A stretch of DNA of 31,891 nt from Candidatus Nomurabacteria bacterium (GCA_943359405.1 CALRHO010000001.1:1-31891); one strand, 5' to 3'. Numbered from the stretch's first letter, positions 8,593 to 16,943 are shown. Notes: generated by a model from the letters alone, not told the origin. Numbers and translations are program-made.

Positions 8593-9549
8593 TTAGTGCT
8601 GCTTCTTAAAATCAAATATAAAATGATTTTCGATGTATGAAATTGAATCTTGCATCCTTACCTTTTCGTACTTCGGATTTATGTACATGTTAGGCAGCGA
8701 CATTAGTTCCAGTGCTCGCTTAATGACATATAGTCCAGCACCATTGCCACTACTTGATACATCATTGGCACAAACCCCCCTTACGCCGTCATTAAAGAGT
8801 GAAACAATCTCATTTTTATTCATTCTTGCTGAATACATCGAAATGTCGAGGGTTTTAGTTGGTTCATCGTATGTAAGTCTGACTTCGGAATTCGGCATTG
8901 AGTACTTTAGAGTGTTGGAAAAAAAATTGTACATTATGAGGCTAAATAATTTCTTGTCTAAAGAAACCCTCGCTTCATCCGTGAAGTAATCAGATATGTG
9001 GAGCCGCAAATTATTTTCAACAAACCCTTCAGCAAAAGGAGTATACTGGCTGAGAATTGCTTTTCGTAGAGAAACATCAACAAATTCTGGACTGTAATTA
9101 TTTTGTAGATATATGATGTCCCATCCTTCGACATGGCTATTTAAATCAATCGCAATTTTATTAAAGTAATGAATTAATCTTGAAGTTTTCTCTCTTTCAC
9201 TGTTACAGTAGTTCGTAATGTTGGCTATTGCTTCAGTATAGTTGTTTTTATACCAGTTCAGGTCACCAAAGTAACCTTCAATTTTTTGTAGAAGTTGCAA
9301 AGAAAGTGTGGAAACAATGTGGTTATAATTCGTGAACTTATTGGTTACAGATCGAACTGCTTCGTTAGCAAGTATTTCAAAATACAGAGCCCTGTTTTTT
9401 GTTGACCTTTTCTCATCGAGGTTTTCTGGCTCCAGAGTTATTTCAAACACACACCCATTTTTTTCAAAATGCCTTACATACGACGGTTGAATTTCTTTAC
9501 AGTTTGAAAGAATTACTGCTCCGAGAGAGCTTTTAACTGTGTATTTCAT
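8593..9549 (-). CDS. Soluble histidine kinase-like (HATPase_c/GHKL) protein
   Basis: N-box NFFSNTLKYS, F-box VSLF, G2-box SGNGAGLYVIKRAL; candidate phospho-His H77 (NYNHIVST); no TM segment. Confidence 0.8.
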   Translation of the reverse strand: MKYTVKSSLGAVILSNCKEIQPSYVRHFEKNGCVFEITLEPENLDEKRSTKNRALYFEILANEAVRSVTNKFTNYNHIVSTLSLQLLQKIEGYFGDLNWYKNNYTEAIANITNYCNSEREKTSRLIHYFNKIAIDLNSHVEGWDIIYLQNNYSPEFVDVSLRKAILSQYTPFAEGFVENNLRLHISDYFTDEARVSLDKKLFSLIMYNFFSNTLKYSMPNSEVRLTYDEPTKTLDISMYSARMNKNEIVSLFNDGVRGVCANDVSSSGNGAGLYVIKRALELMSLPNMYINPKYEKVRMQDSISYIENHFIFDFKKQH

Positions 9550-10024
9550 GATTCAGCACAGAAATCCCTCTTTCTATTATGTCGATGTACTCAATTGCAT
9601 CCTTTCTTTTACTGATCATTTCATCTGCAACCGAGTGTATTCCACTAATAAGTTCATTAGGAATTGATTCAGCGCTCGAGAGAACAATATACTTTCCTGC
9701 CCCGTATCTTTCTTTTAGTACGTGACATACCCCAACACCTTCATTGTCAGAAAGCTTCTTTCCGACACCCTTATAGTCGACAAAGATGATATGTGAGTCG
9801 ACTACTTTAGGATCATCCAATCTCCTTATGTCTTTTACATAAGATACTGTAAAACCTTGTTCTTTGAGTGTATCGATAATTGGAAATTTATTATCATCAA
9901 TAAACAAAATTCTCACAGAGTCCATATTGAGGGAACTTTTGAGCTGTTTTTTTCTGAACAAATTATCCCAGAGACTACCCCCAGATGCTTTGTAGTTAAA
10001 ATTAAACAATGAAATTAAGCTCAT
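9533..10024 (-). CDS. Single-domain response regulator receiver (REC) protein
   Basis: Start MSLISLF. RILFIDD (D43/D44), IIFVD (phosphoacceptor D83), VLSS (S116/117), ISK (K139); no output domain. Confidence 0.82.
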   Translation of the reverse strand: MSLISLFNFNYKASGGSLWDNLFRKKQLKSSLNMDSVRILFIDDNKFPIIDTLKEQGFTVSYVKDIRRLDDPKVVDSHIIFVDYKGVGKKLSDNEGVGVCHVLKERYGAGKYIVLSSAESIPNELISGIHSVADEMISKRKDAIEYIDIIERGISVLNHEIHS

Positions 10025-10041
10025 ACTTAGTTGTGTAATGT

Positions 10042-11310
10042 TCAAATAAACATCTTCTGCATTAAGCCCTTCTTCCACTGTTCTACCTTAGCGATTTCTT
10101 CTGCCTTTGCTTTGATTGTCTCATCGAGAGCTGTCAGGAAGTCAGCGATTTTCTTTTGCTCGTCAAGGTTTTGAGGGTAAAACACCATTGCGTCCTTTAT
10201 TGATTCAAGGGAAAGTGTAAACCTTGTAGCACCTTGCGCTCTTCTCCAAAATTCTTTGTAAAAAGCGTAACTCTTAAACGCATAGCCAGCAAATTGTGGG
10301 TAGAAAACATTTTTCTTTGGTCTAAATCTAACTAGATGATAACTATAGAGCACTCCTGGCAAGTCCTCCATAACGACAGCAGAATGACCAATATCAGTTG
10401 GGGTTTCTGATGAAGGAGTAAAGAGAACATCTCCAAGTTTCAATGTAAAGGTGCTAATTTCTCTGTTGGTGGCAGTTACCTCTTGAAATGAATCGGTAAG
10501 ATAGATGTGATCACGTCGATAAACGTCCATGTAGTTTAGTAATTTCACGGACGTCTCACCCTTAATAGACAGCTTATCTGTGCTGCTTGTTTTCACACTG
10601 CCCAATTCACCTAATGTTAACGAAATCCACTCAGGGAAAGCCTTGCCATTGTCGTCTTTGAAGCGGACCTGCTGAGTGAAGAGCTTTTGCATCATGCTTC
10701 GCTTGTAGGTTTCGAGGGTAGTTTTTTGTTTACGGAGGTTATCGAGCCATGTATCCACGGACCCCAGGAAGTCAGCAATTTTTTGTTGTTCTGTATATCC
10801 AGGATAGGTTATAACGGTTTTTTTAATGTCACCCAATTGCAGGTCCATGATGGTTGACTGATTTACTTTTGAAAGAATTTTTCTCTGAAAGTCCTCCGTT
10901 TTAAATTGTTGTAACAAAAAGAGACCGTATAGTTTTTGTTCGTCTTTGATGCGGATTATTGCTATGTTTTGTGTGATAGCAGCTTTAATGTCTCTATCTA
11001 CGATTGAGGAGAAGCCGACTGTCCCGGTCTTGGTCAAGAAGAGGTCACCGAGTCGAGGCTTGGCTTTGTCACTTAATTTATTAAAATCAGCAAGAGAAAT
11101 TTTTGGAGCTGCATCGTAATTAATCTCACCTGTCTTAATTTCCCTTGCTGATATAAGCGGGACACCCTCTGTTAAGTATTCTGGTCTAACGGTGAGTCCA
11201 TAGGTTACATCACTTGTTACTGCTGATATTTTTGCACTTTGCCATTCATCGTTAAAAGCACTAAACCGCAACTCTGGTACTTTCTTCTGTTGTTTAACTG
11301 CGGTACCCAT
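10042..11310 (-). CDS. hsdS: Type I RM specificity subunit
   Basis: Start MGTAVKQQKKVPELRF, 4 nt after the hsdM stop. Two target recognition domains, each followed by a conserved EQQKIADFL / EQKKIADFL...KGLMQKMF helix. Confidence 0.96.
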   Translation of the reverse strand: MGTAVKQQKKVPELRFSAFNDEWQSAKISAVTSDVTYGLTVRPEYLTEGVPLISAREIKTGEINYDAAPKISLADFNKLSDKAKPRLGDLFLTKTGTVGFSSIVDRDIKAAITQNIAIIRIKDEQKLYGLFLLQQFKTEDFQRKILSKVNQSTIMDLQLGDIKKTVITYPGYTEQQKIADFLGSVDTWLDNLRKQKTTLETYKRSMMQKLFTQQVRFKDDNGKAFPEWISLTLGELGSVKTSSTDKLSIKGETSVKLLNYMDVYRRDHIYLTDSFQEVTATNREISTFTLKLGDVLFTPSSETPTDIGHSAVVMEDLPGVLYSYHLVRFRPKKNVFYPQFAGYAFKSYAFYKEFWRRAQGATRFTLSLESIKDAMVFYPQNLDEQKKIADFLTALDETIKAKAEEIAKVEQWKKGLMQKMFI

Positions 11311-11314
11311 ATCA

Positions 11315-12892
11315 TTAAAAAGGCCTTGTGATGCCGAGCTCTTTGCAGTAAGTAGCAATCTTGTCGTGCAGTTCAACTTCACCTGCAGTGAGTGCTTGTA
11401 GCTTTTTTGCTACAGCATCTATATCAACCTCTGGCTCTGCCTCAAACGTATCAACGTAGCGAGGAACGTTGAGGTTGTAGTCGTTATCTTTGATTTCATC
11501 CAATGATGCGCGATGGGAGAACCGCTCAATCACTTCACGCTTTTGGTAAGTGGCGAAGATTTTGTTTACGTTTTCGTCAGTAAGAAAATTTTGGTTGCCC
11601 TGCTTTACGAACTCCTTTGAGCCATCAATGAAGAGAACGTCGTCATCGTCTTTGCGGCACTTCTTAAAAACCATTATGGTAGCGGAAATACCTGTACCGT
11701 AAAAAATGTTTGCTGGTAGACCAATTACTGCATCGAGGTAGTTTTGCTTTTCGATTATGTATTGTCGAATCACGCCTTCGGCCCCAGAACGGAACAGTGC
11801 GCCATGAGGAAGAACTACAGCCATTGTGCCGTTGTCTGCGAGGTGGTGGAGCATGTGAGTTACAAAAGCATAATCAGCAGCACTCTTTGGAGCCATACGG
11901 CCATACTGTGTGAAGCGGTCGTCTTGAGAAAGTACAGGGTCAGTATCACCCTTCCACTTAGCCCCGAAAGGGGGATTTGCGACCAGTGCCTCCACGGTGA
12001 TGTCTGGGAATCTATCATCTCTAAGCGTGTCGCCTTGGCGGATATCAAAACGATCAAACCGCACATCGTGGAGAATCATGTTCATGCGTCCGAGGTTGTA
12101 CGTTGTTGGGTTGAGTTCTTGTCCGTAGTAGTGCTTTACATCTGCATAGTCAGAGACACGAAGAAGAAGTGAGCCAGAACCACAGGTAGGGTCGTAGACG
12201 GAGCGGAGTGTCTTCTTTCCATCGGTAACAATTCGAGCAAGCAGACGCGATACTTGAGCAGGAGTATAAAACTCACCGCCTTTTTTACCAGCACCCGCAG
12301 CGAACTCACCAATCAAATACTCGTATGCATCCCCAAGGAGGTCACTCTTTGCGTCACTAAGCTTGAAGTCGATTCCAGCCAGGTGAGAGAGTACTTCTAC
12401 AACAGTGTCATTCTTTTCCTTTTCACTACGGCCGAGCTTACTTGAGGAGAGGTCAACGTCATCAAACAGGCCTTTGAAGTCCTCCTCACTGTCAGTGCCC
12501 ATGGCGTTACGCTCAATGGTGTCGAGGACCTTCACCAAGTCTTCAAGGATGAATGTACTATCTGACTTTGTCTCACCTTTACCTTTAGCGACGATGTATG
12601 AGAATAATTCGTGAGGACCAAGAAAGAAACCGAGGTGTTCAAGTGCTAAGTCTTTGATGGTCGCAAGCTGCTCCTTTCCGTCTTTACTCGCTGGATTAAT
12701 GTCGGTGTAAGTATACGTTTCTCGAGCCAGTAACTTCTCATTTACGTACAGCTCAAGCTTCTCAGAGAGGTATTTATAGAAGATAAAACCGAGGATGTAT
12801 ACCTTATACTCGTCTGCGTTCATCCGACCTCGAAGCGTATTGGCCACAGCCCATAATTGTCTCTCCAAGATACGCTTTTGCTCATCAGACAT
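11315..12892 (-). CDS. hsdM: Type I RM methyltransferase (m6A)
   Basis: GEFYTP, YDPTCGSGSLL (motif I), NPPF (motif IV), LPHGALFR, DYNLNVPRY. Confidence 0.98.
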   Translation of the reverse strand: MSDEQKRILERQLWAVANTLRGRMNADEYKVYILGFIFYKYLSEKLELYVNEKLLARETYTYTDINPASKDGKEQLATIKDLALEHLGFFLGPHELFSYIVAKGKGETKSDSTFILEDLVKVLDTIERNAMGTDSEEDFKGLFDDVDLSSSKLGRSEKEKNDTVVEVLSHLAGIDFKLSDAKSDLLGDAYEYLIGEFAAGAGKKGGEFYTPAQVSRLLARIVTDGKKTLRSVYDPTCGSGSLLLRVSDYADVKHYYGQELNPTTYNLGRMNMILHDVRFDRFDIRQGDTLRDDRFPDITVEALVANPPFGAKWKGDTDPVLSQDDRFTQYGRMAPKSAADYAFVTHMLHHLADNGTMAVVLPHGALFRSGAEGVIRQYIIEKQNYLDAVIGLPANIFYGTGISATIMVFKKCRKDDDDVLFIDGSKEFVKQGNQNFLTDENVNKIFATYQKREVIERFSHRASLDEIKDNDYNLNVPRYVDTFEAEPEVDIDAVAKKLQALTAGEVELHDKIATYCKELGITRPF

Positions 12893-12901
12893 ATAGCGAA
12901 A

Positions 12902-12930
12902 ATAATACCATTTTAAGGCCTATTCTACAA
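12902..12930 (-). promoter_or_regulatory. Putative sigma70 promoter of the hsd operon
   Basis: TTGTAG (12930-12925), 17-nt spacer, TGg-TATTAT (12907-12902), then 9 nt to the hsdM ATG. Confidence 0.5.
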
Positions 12931-12940
12931 TTTTATGCCG

Positions 12941-13084
12941 TTATAACTTATCTTTGCTAGCGAGGTATGAATCGAGGATGGTATTTGCTTGCATATCAAT
13001 CAGTTCACGCAGTGTTGTGAGCTGATCTTCAGTCAGTTCCTCGGCGTTTGGGACCAGCTTTTTAAATTCTTCAAGGGGTGTCAT
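12941..13084 (-). CDS. Small acidic helical hypothetical protein (47 aa; below the ORF-track cutoff)
   Basis: Manual translation MTPLEEFKKLVPNAEELTEDQLTTLRELIDMQANTILDSYLASKDKL; start overlaps the end of the upstream gene by 14 nt. Confidence 0.6.
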   Translation of the reverse strand: MTPLEEFKKLVPNAEELTEDQLTTLRELIDMQANTILDSYLASKDKL

Positions 13085-13421
13085 ACCAATACACTGGAGT
13101 ACTAGAGGCGCTGTACTCTTTAATCATTTCATCAAGTGGGTTAAGCCATTCCTCGCCACAATCATTCAGAACGACAAGTGTATTCCAGTCTTCCATTTGC
13201 ATATCTATATCTGCATTTGGATTATCTGTGAGGTATTGATAGGACCAAGCATTCCAGAATTCTTCAAAATCAGCCTCGGTAGGACAAATTTTTGCACCTA
13301 ATGGTTGGGTTGGCTGCTCGACCTCGTCTGACTCATCACTAAGGTAAAACAACACAGCCAGCATTGCCACGGTAAGGACCAGAAGCGCTAGGAGTTTTTT
13401 ACTCTTTATCAATGACCGCAT
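13071..13421 (-). CDS. Membrane-anchored acidic hypothetical protein
   Basis: Basic N-terminus, one TM/signal (LLALLVLTVAMLAVLFYL), acidic domain with two Cys. Confidence 0.7.
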   Translation of the reverse strand: MRSLIKSKKLLALLVLTVAMLAVLFYLSDESDEVEQPTQPLGAKICPTEADFEEFWNAWSYQYLTDNPNADIDMQMEDWNTLVVLNDCGEEWLNPLDEMIKEYSASSTPVYWYDTP

Positions 13422-13545
13422 ACCTACCTATAATATTTCATGCACGCATCAACTGCCTGACTTCTTGATTCGTATGCACCCGTTGTACATCCTCCCTCAA
13501 TTCCTGTCCCGAGTCTTCCACCGAGACAAAAGTAACCGTCTTGTG

Positions 13546-13618
13546 TGGACCCTAGGAGACTCGAACTCCTCACCTCATCCATGCCATGGATGCGCTCTAC
13601 CAGATGAGCTAAGGGCCC
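13546..13618 (-). tRNA. tRNA-Ala(GGC), CCA not encoded
   Basis: Full cloverleaf GGGCCCT/AGGGTCC with G3:U70, anticodon loop ATGGCAT (A32-U38), TTCGAGT T-loop; TATAAT upstream at 13664-13659. Confidence 0.97.
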
Positions 13619-13733
13619 TGGTATGTTGCTACCCAAACGGGTGGTAACAGTGGCCAGAATTATATCGATTATTTAGTGCAAAGTAAAACACCCTTCCTCG
13701 TCACCAGGGGTGATGGTGCTTTAACTTTAGCGA

Positions 13734-14540
13734 CTACAGTGCTGTGAAGTGCAATTCTCCACCACCCTCTTCATGTCTTAGGATAAGTTCATTGCTACTA
13801 ACCATGACTTCAAGATGACCCGCCCGCAAGTACTCCAAGAAGATACCCTCCTGTGACCCTTCACAGTACATTTTTGTACTCAGAAGCGCACCAAACTCCA
13901 GTTTGTTCCCGGTAAGCTCGTACGAACCTCCAAAGTTGTTACAGTCAGTCTGACCGCTTACTTGCTGTTGGTTTCCGAAAGCCAGAGAAAACGCAGTTAC
14001 GTCTCGAGGACTTACCACTGAACCATCAACGGTTTGAAACTTTTCCCATGCCCAGGTTTTATTCTGTAGTGCTGTAGCGATTTCTGCGGTCGGCGCTTGT
14101 GCCTGGCCATGATCATGATCATGTTGAGACCCAGTAGGCGCTTGAAGCGTATCGTGGTGATGGTCTTCATCATGAGTATGGTCAGAGGTGTGTCTACCCG
14201 AGAACAACACTTCCGCGCCGCGGTATACCGTCACTGCATCACCGTTGTTCCATAGAGTTAGATTCGCTTCACGGTTTTCATAGCGAGTACCGGAGGCACT
14301 CGGGATCTGCTGGAGCAGGAGCTGTTCGTACCCAAGACCAGTGAGATCAAGATGATCCTCGGCGAAAGTTACTGCAATCTGTTCATTGCCACCGGGTGCT
14401 ATAAAAATAGTAGCATCGTGGGCATGGTCATGGGCATGCGGGTCATCGGCAGCCAGTTGTAAACGACCACTTGTAACCACTACCACAGTACCAATACCAG
14501 CAAGTACCAGTGCGCCGACCGCTATAATTTTTAAGTTCAT
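13734..14540 (-). CDS. Membrane-anchored MliC/PliC-like + His-rich linker + META (HslJ) domain protein
   Basis: Start MNLKIIAVG. PSASGTRY...LWNNGDAVTV (MliC-like); GQTDCNNFGGSY...STKMYCEG (META). Confidence 0.8.
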   Translation of the reverse strand: MNLKIIAVGALVLAGIGTVVVVTSGRLQLAADDPHAHDHAHDATIFIAPGGNEQIAVTFAEDHLDLTGLGYEQLLLQQIPSASGTRYENREANLTLWNNGDAVTVYRGAEVLFSGRHTSDHTHDEDHHHDTLQAPTGSQHDHDHGQAQAPTAEIATALQNKTWAWEKFQTVDGSVVSPRDVTAFSLAFGNQQQVSGQTDCNNFGGSYELTGNKLEFGALLSTKMYCEGSQEGIFLEYLRAGHLEVMVSSNELILRHEEGGGELHFTAL

Positions 14541-14633
14541 ACTCCTACAGTCTACCCGAGCACTGGCCATAGTGCAAACCATTTGCATTTCAACCAGTCC
14601 GTTCTCGAGCATGATGTACCGGCTTGGTCTACG

Positions 14634-14891
14634 CTAGCGAAAATGTACAAACAGTCGTCCATGGTTATGCTCATCTACCTCAATGCGTTTGTACTGTAGG
14701 CGCTGCTCACGGCGTTTGAGAAATTTCTTGACTCGAATCATGAGCTGCCCACTGCCCTTTCCGGGAATGATTTCAAGGATTTTAATACGCGTATCCGTTG
14801 CCTGATGCATTGCCTGGTGGAGGGCATTTTCAATTGCATTGCCCTGTTGAGCGACGGCATGAAGATCAAGTGTAAGCCCGGCTTTGGACAT
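14634..14891 (-). CDS. Stand-alone Smr domain protein
   Basis: TLDLH...LEIIPGKGSGQL...GRLFVHFR. Confidence 0.85.
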   Translation of the reverse strand: MSKAGLTLDLHAVAQQGNAIENALHQAMHQATDTRIKILEIIPGKGSGQLMIRVKKFLKRREQRLQYKRIEVDEHNHGRLFVHFR

Positions 14892-14906
14892 AAACAGTAC
14901 GTATGA

Positions 14907-15953
14907 CTAGCGAATAAGCATGGCATCACCAAACGAGAAGAAGCGCATGCGTTCGACTATGGCAGCTTGGTAGAGTTCGGTGATATGGCGTGCACCACCC
15001 TTGTGATTTATAAAGGCCTGTACTAGACACATGAGTGATGACTTGGGAACGTGAAAATTAGTCATAAGGATATCGGGATAGGTGAATTGATACGGAGGAA
15101 AGATGAACAAATCAGTGGTTCCGTACGTACCCTCACCTTGGGCGAGTGCCGCCTTGGCGCTCTCCAGGGTCCGTACAACGGTGGTACCAACACCCACAAC
15201 CGAGCGACCAGCAGCGCGGGAGGCAGCGATGACTGAGGCGGTGTTACGGGAAACAAAATAATGCTCCTCATGGAGTGCCTTACGCTCAACGTTATCTGCG
15301 TGTACCGGCGCAAATGTACCAAGACCAACCTGGAGTGTTATCGCTGTTCGCGTGATATCGGCTGCCTCCAGTGCGTTGAGCAGCGCGGGCGTAAAATGCA
15401 GTGAAGCGGTTGGCGCCGCCGCCGAAGTGGCGGCACTGGTAGCAAACACTGTCTGATACTGAGTACGTCGAACTGCCTCTGATGAGCTCGAGTCAATATA
15501 GGGTGGTAACGGCGTTTCGCCATGGGTATCTAAGAGCATGGCAAGAGCAGCGGCACCACCGTCATAACGCACCTTCATACTACGCTCATGATTTTCCAGT
15601 ACAACAAACAAACCTCTGGGTACTGAAATCTCCTCCCCCCGCTTCACGCCACGGTTAACCAGCACGCGTACGGTACCATCATCGGCAACTCCCTGATCCA
15701 CCAAGACAAGAACTTCGATTGGTAGCCCACGTACCGTCCCCTTGAGCCGCGCCGGGACAACAGTCGTGTCGTTATGTACGAGGAGGGTGCGTGGAATGAG
15801 CGAGGGCAAGTCGGCTACCGCACAAAAGTCGACGCGGTCACCGCTGGTGTCATAGACGAGTAGGCGTGCAGACTCACGTGGCTGTGCTGGCGTATGAGCA
15901 ATCAGTTCAGGCGGCAGCGTGTAGTCGTAGTCACTGAGGTCTAGTGTGGCCAT
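14907..15953 (-). CDS. queA: S-adenosylmethionine:tRNA ribosyltransferase-isomerase
   Basis: YDYTLPPELIAHTP, TPLPPYI, SAAAPTASLHFT, VGTTVVRTLES, NFHVPKSSL, RFFSFGDAMLI. Confidence 0.97.
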   Translation of the reverse strand: MATLDLSDYDYTLPPELIAHTPAQPRESARLLVYDTSGDRVDFCAVADLPSLIPRTLLVHNDTTVVPARLKGTVRGLPIEVLVLVDQGVADDGTVRVLVNRGVKRGEEISVPRGLFVVLENHERSMKVRYDGGAAALAMLLDTHGETPLPPYIDSSSSEAVRRTQYQTVFATSAATSAAAPTASLHFTPALLNALEAADITRTAITLQVGLGTFAPVHADNVERKALHEEHYFVSRNTASVIAASRAAGRSVVGVGTTVVRTLESAKAALAQGEGTYGTTDLFIFPPYQFTYPDILMTNFHVPKSSLMCLVQAFINHKGGARHITELYQAAIVERMRFFSFGDAMLIR

Positions 15954-15990
15954 CACAGCGATTATACACGGAACACTAATTGGTAAAAGT

Positions 15991-16551
15991 CTAAGAGAAC
16001 TTCAGGGGCTTGCTGGGTAGTGGCTTAAGGTACTGCAGGTAGCGCGCCTCTGAAAGTAATAACTTATAGTTAAGACGACTGATGATGACCTGGTACGTTT
16101 TTCCAGCTTGTCCACGGGTGGTAACCAAAATCCGAAAGACGGCGGTACTGCCTGCCGGAATCTTGCAGAATTGTAGGGTGCCAATAGTAAGGTGACTAAC
16201 TTGGTCACCGGTTGTGGTTACGCTGGTGGTTGCAATCGTAGCCTCGCCAGTACCTTCAATGATGTACATAAAACCAGCGGTCCTCTTCCCTGATGCCATC
16301 GAAAGTGGAATCAGTACATCCTGCTTTTTTGCTGTTACTGTTACCAGCATGAAAAACTTACCCACACCATTTGGTGAAGCCCCAAGTGCGTGACTGCGTT
16401 CATAGCGAGCCTGATTTTTGGTTATCTTTACTACAATGTAGTCATCTATTCCGCTAGCTTGCTTTGCTGCGAGTAACTGCCCTTTGAGTATCTTTAGTTT
16501 TGCAGTAGCAGCTTTTAGTTGTTGCTTCTGAGATGTGGTTTGCTTTAACAT
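15991..16551 (-). CDS. Basic hypothetical protein (N-terminal coiled coil, beta-rich C-terminus)
   Basis: 186-aa ORF filling the gap between queA and the tRNA; TGtTATACT upstream; family not recognised. Confidence 0.7.
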   Translation of the reverse strand: MLKQTTSQKQQLKAATAKLKILKGQLLAAKQASGIDDYIVVKITKNQARYERSHALGASPNGVGKFFMLVTVTAKKQDVLIPLSMASGKRTAGFMYIIEGTGEATIATTSVTTTGDQVSHLTIGTLQFCKIPAGSTAVFRILVTTRGQAGKTYQVIISRLNYKLLLSEARYLQYLKPLPSKPLKFS

Positions 16552-16611
16552 GGATTATGAATGGCATTTCAAGTTGAGCACCGTGCAGACTTCGACAGTA
16601 TAACACTCACC

Positions 16612-16639
16612 TTGACTGATAAGGAGAGTACGGTATGAT
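16612..16639 (+). promoter_or_regulatory. Sigma70 promoter for tRNA-Ala(UGC)
   Basis: TTGACT (16612-16617), 16-nt spacer, TATGAT (16634-16639). Confidence 0.6.
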
Positions 16640-16694
16640 ACTGCGACTGAAGTTCACCGCGTCGGTTATCTTACGGGGTGTCGACAGACAATAT

Positions 16695-16770
16695 GGGCCC
16701 GTAGCTCATTTGGTAGAGCGCCTCATTTGCACTGAGGAGGCGGGGGGTTCGAATCCTCTCGGGTCCACCA
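16695..16770 (+). tRNA. tRNA-Ala(UGC), CCA encoded
   Basis: GGGCCCG/CGGGTCC acceptor with G3:U70, anticodon loop TTTGCAC, TTCGAAT T-loop, ACCA end. Confidence 0.98.
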
Positions 16771-16812
16771 TTACAAAAATTCCCCAGATTCTTCTGGGGA
16801 ATTTTTGTAATG
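16769..16812. terminator. Perfect 20-bp inverted repeat, bidirectional terminator between the tRNA and ddl
   Basis: cattacaaaaattccccaga-ttct-tctggggaatttttgtaatg. Confidence 0.85.
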
Positions 16813-16943
16813 AGGGGGCGTTTGGGAGAGGATTCGAAAGCCGGACTGAGCCGCGCGCAGGAGGCGGGGTCGCAGATACTTAAGTAATAATAGCTGAGCT
16901 AAATACTTTGGTTAGTATCCTGTGACCACAAATTACACACTGC

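Larger units (their letters stand above)
3855..13545. mobile_element. Putative defence island adjoining the 3' end of tRNA-Ala(GGC); no integrase or att duplication seen
   Basis: Cargo is type I RM plus accessory genes. Spot GC is about 28-37% in the accessory genes versus about 60% in atpF. Begins right after a tRNA 3' end. Left boundary is uncertain. Confidence 0.5.

Noticed and set aside
10131-10790. Internal DNA repeat caggaagtcagc(g/a)atttt in hsdS
   Set aside because: These are the ordinary conserved regions flanking the two target recognition domains; no invertase or second hsdS is present to indicate phase variation.
13424-13636. 70-aa and 82-aa ORFs spanning the tRNA genes (also 16635-16883)
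   Set aside because: Translations of tRNA sequence (e.g. GPLAHLVER, GSNPLGST), not proteins.
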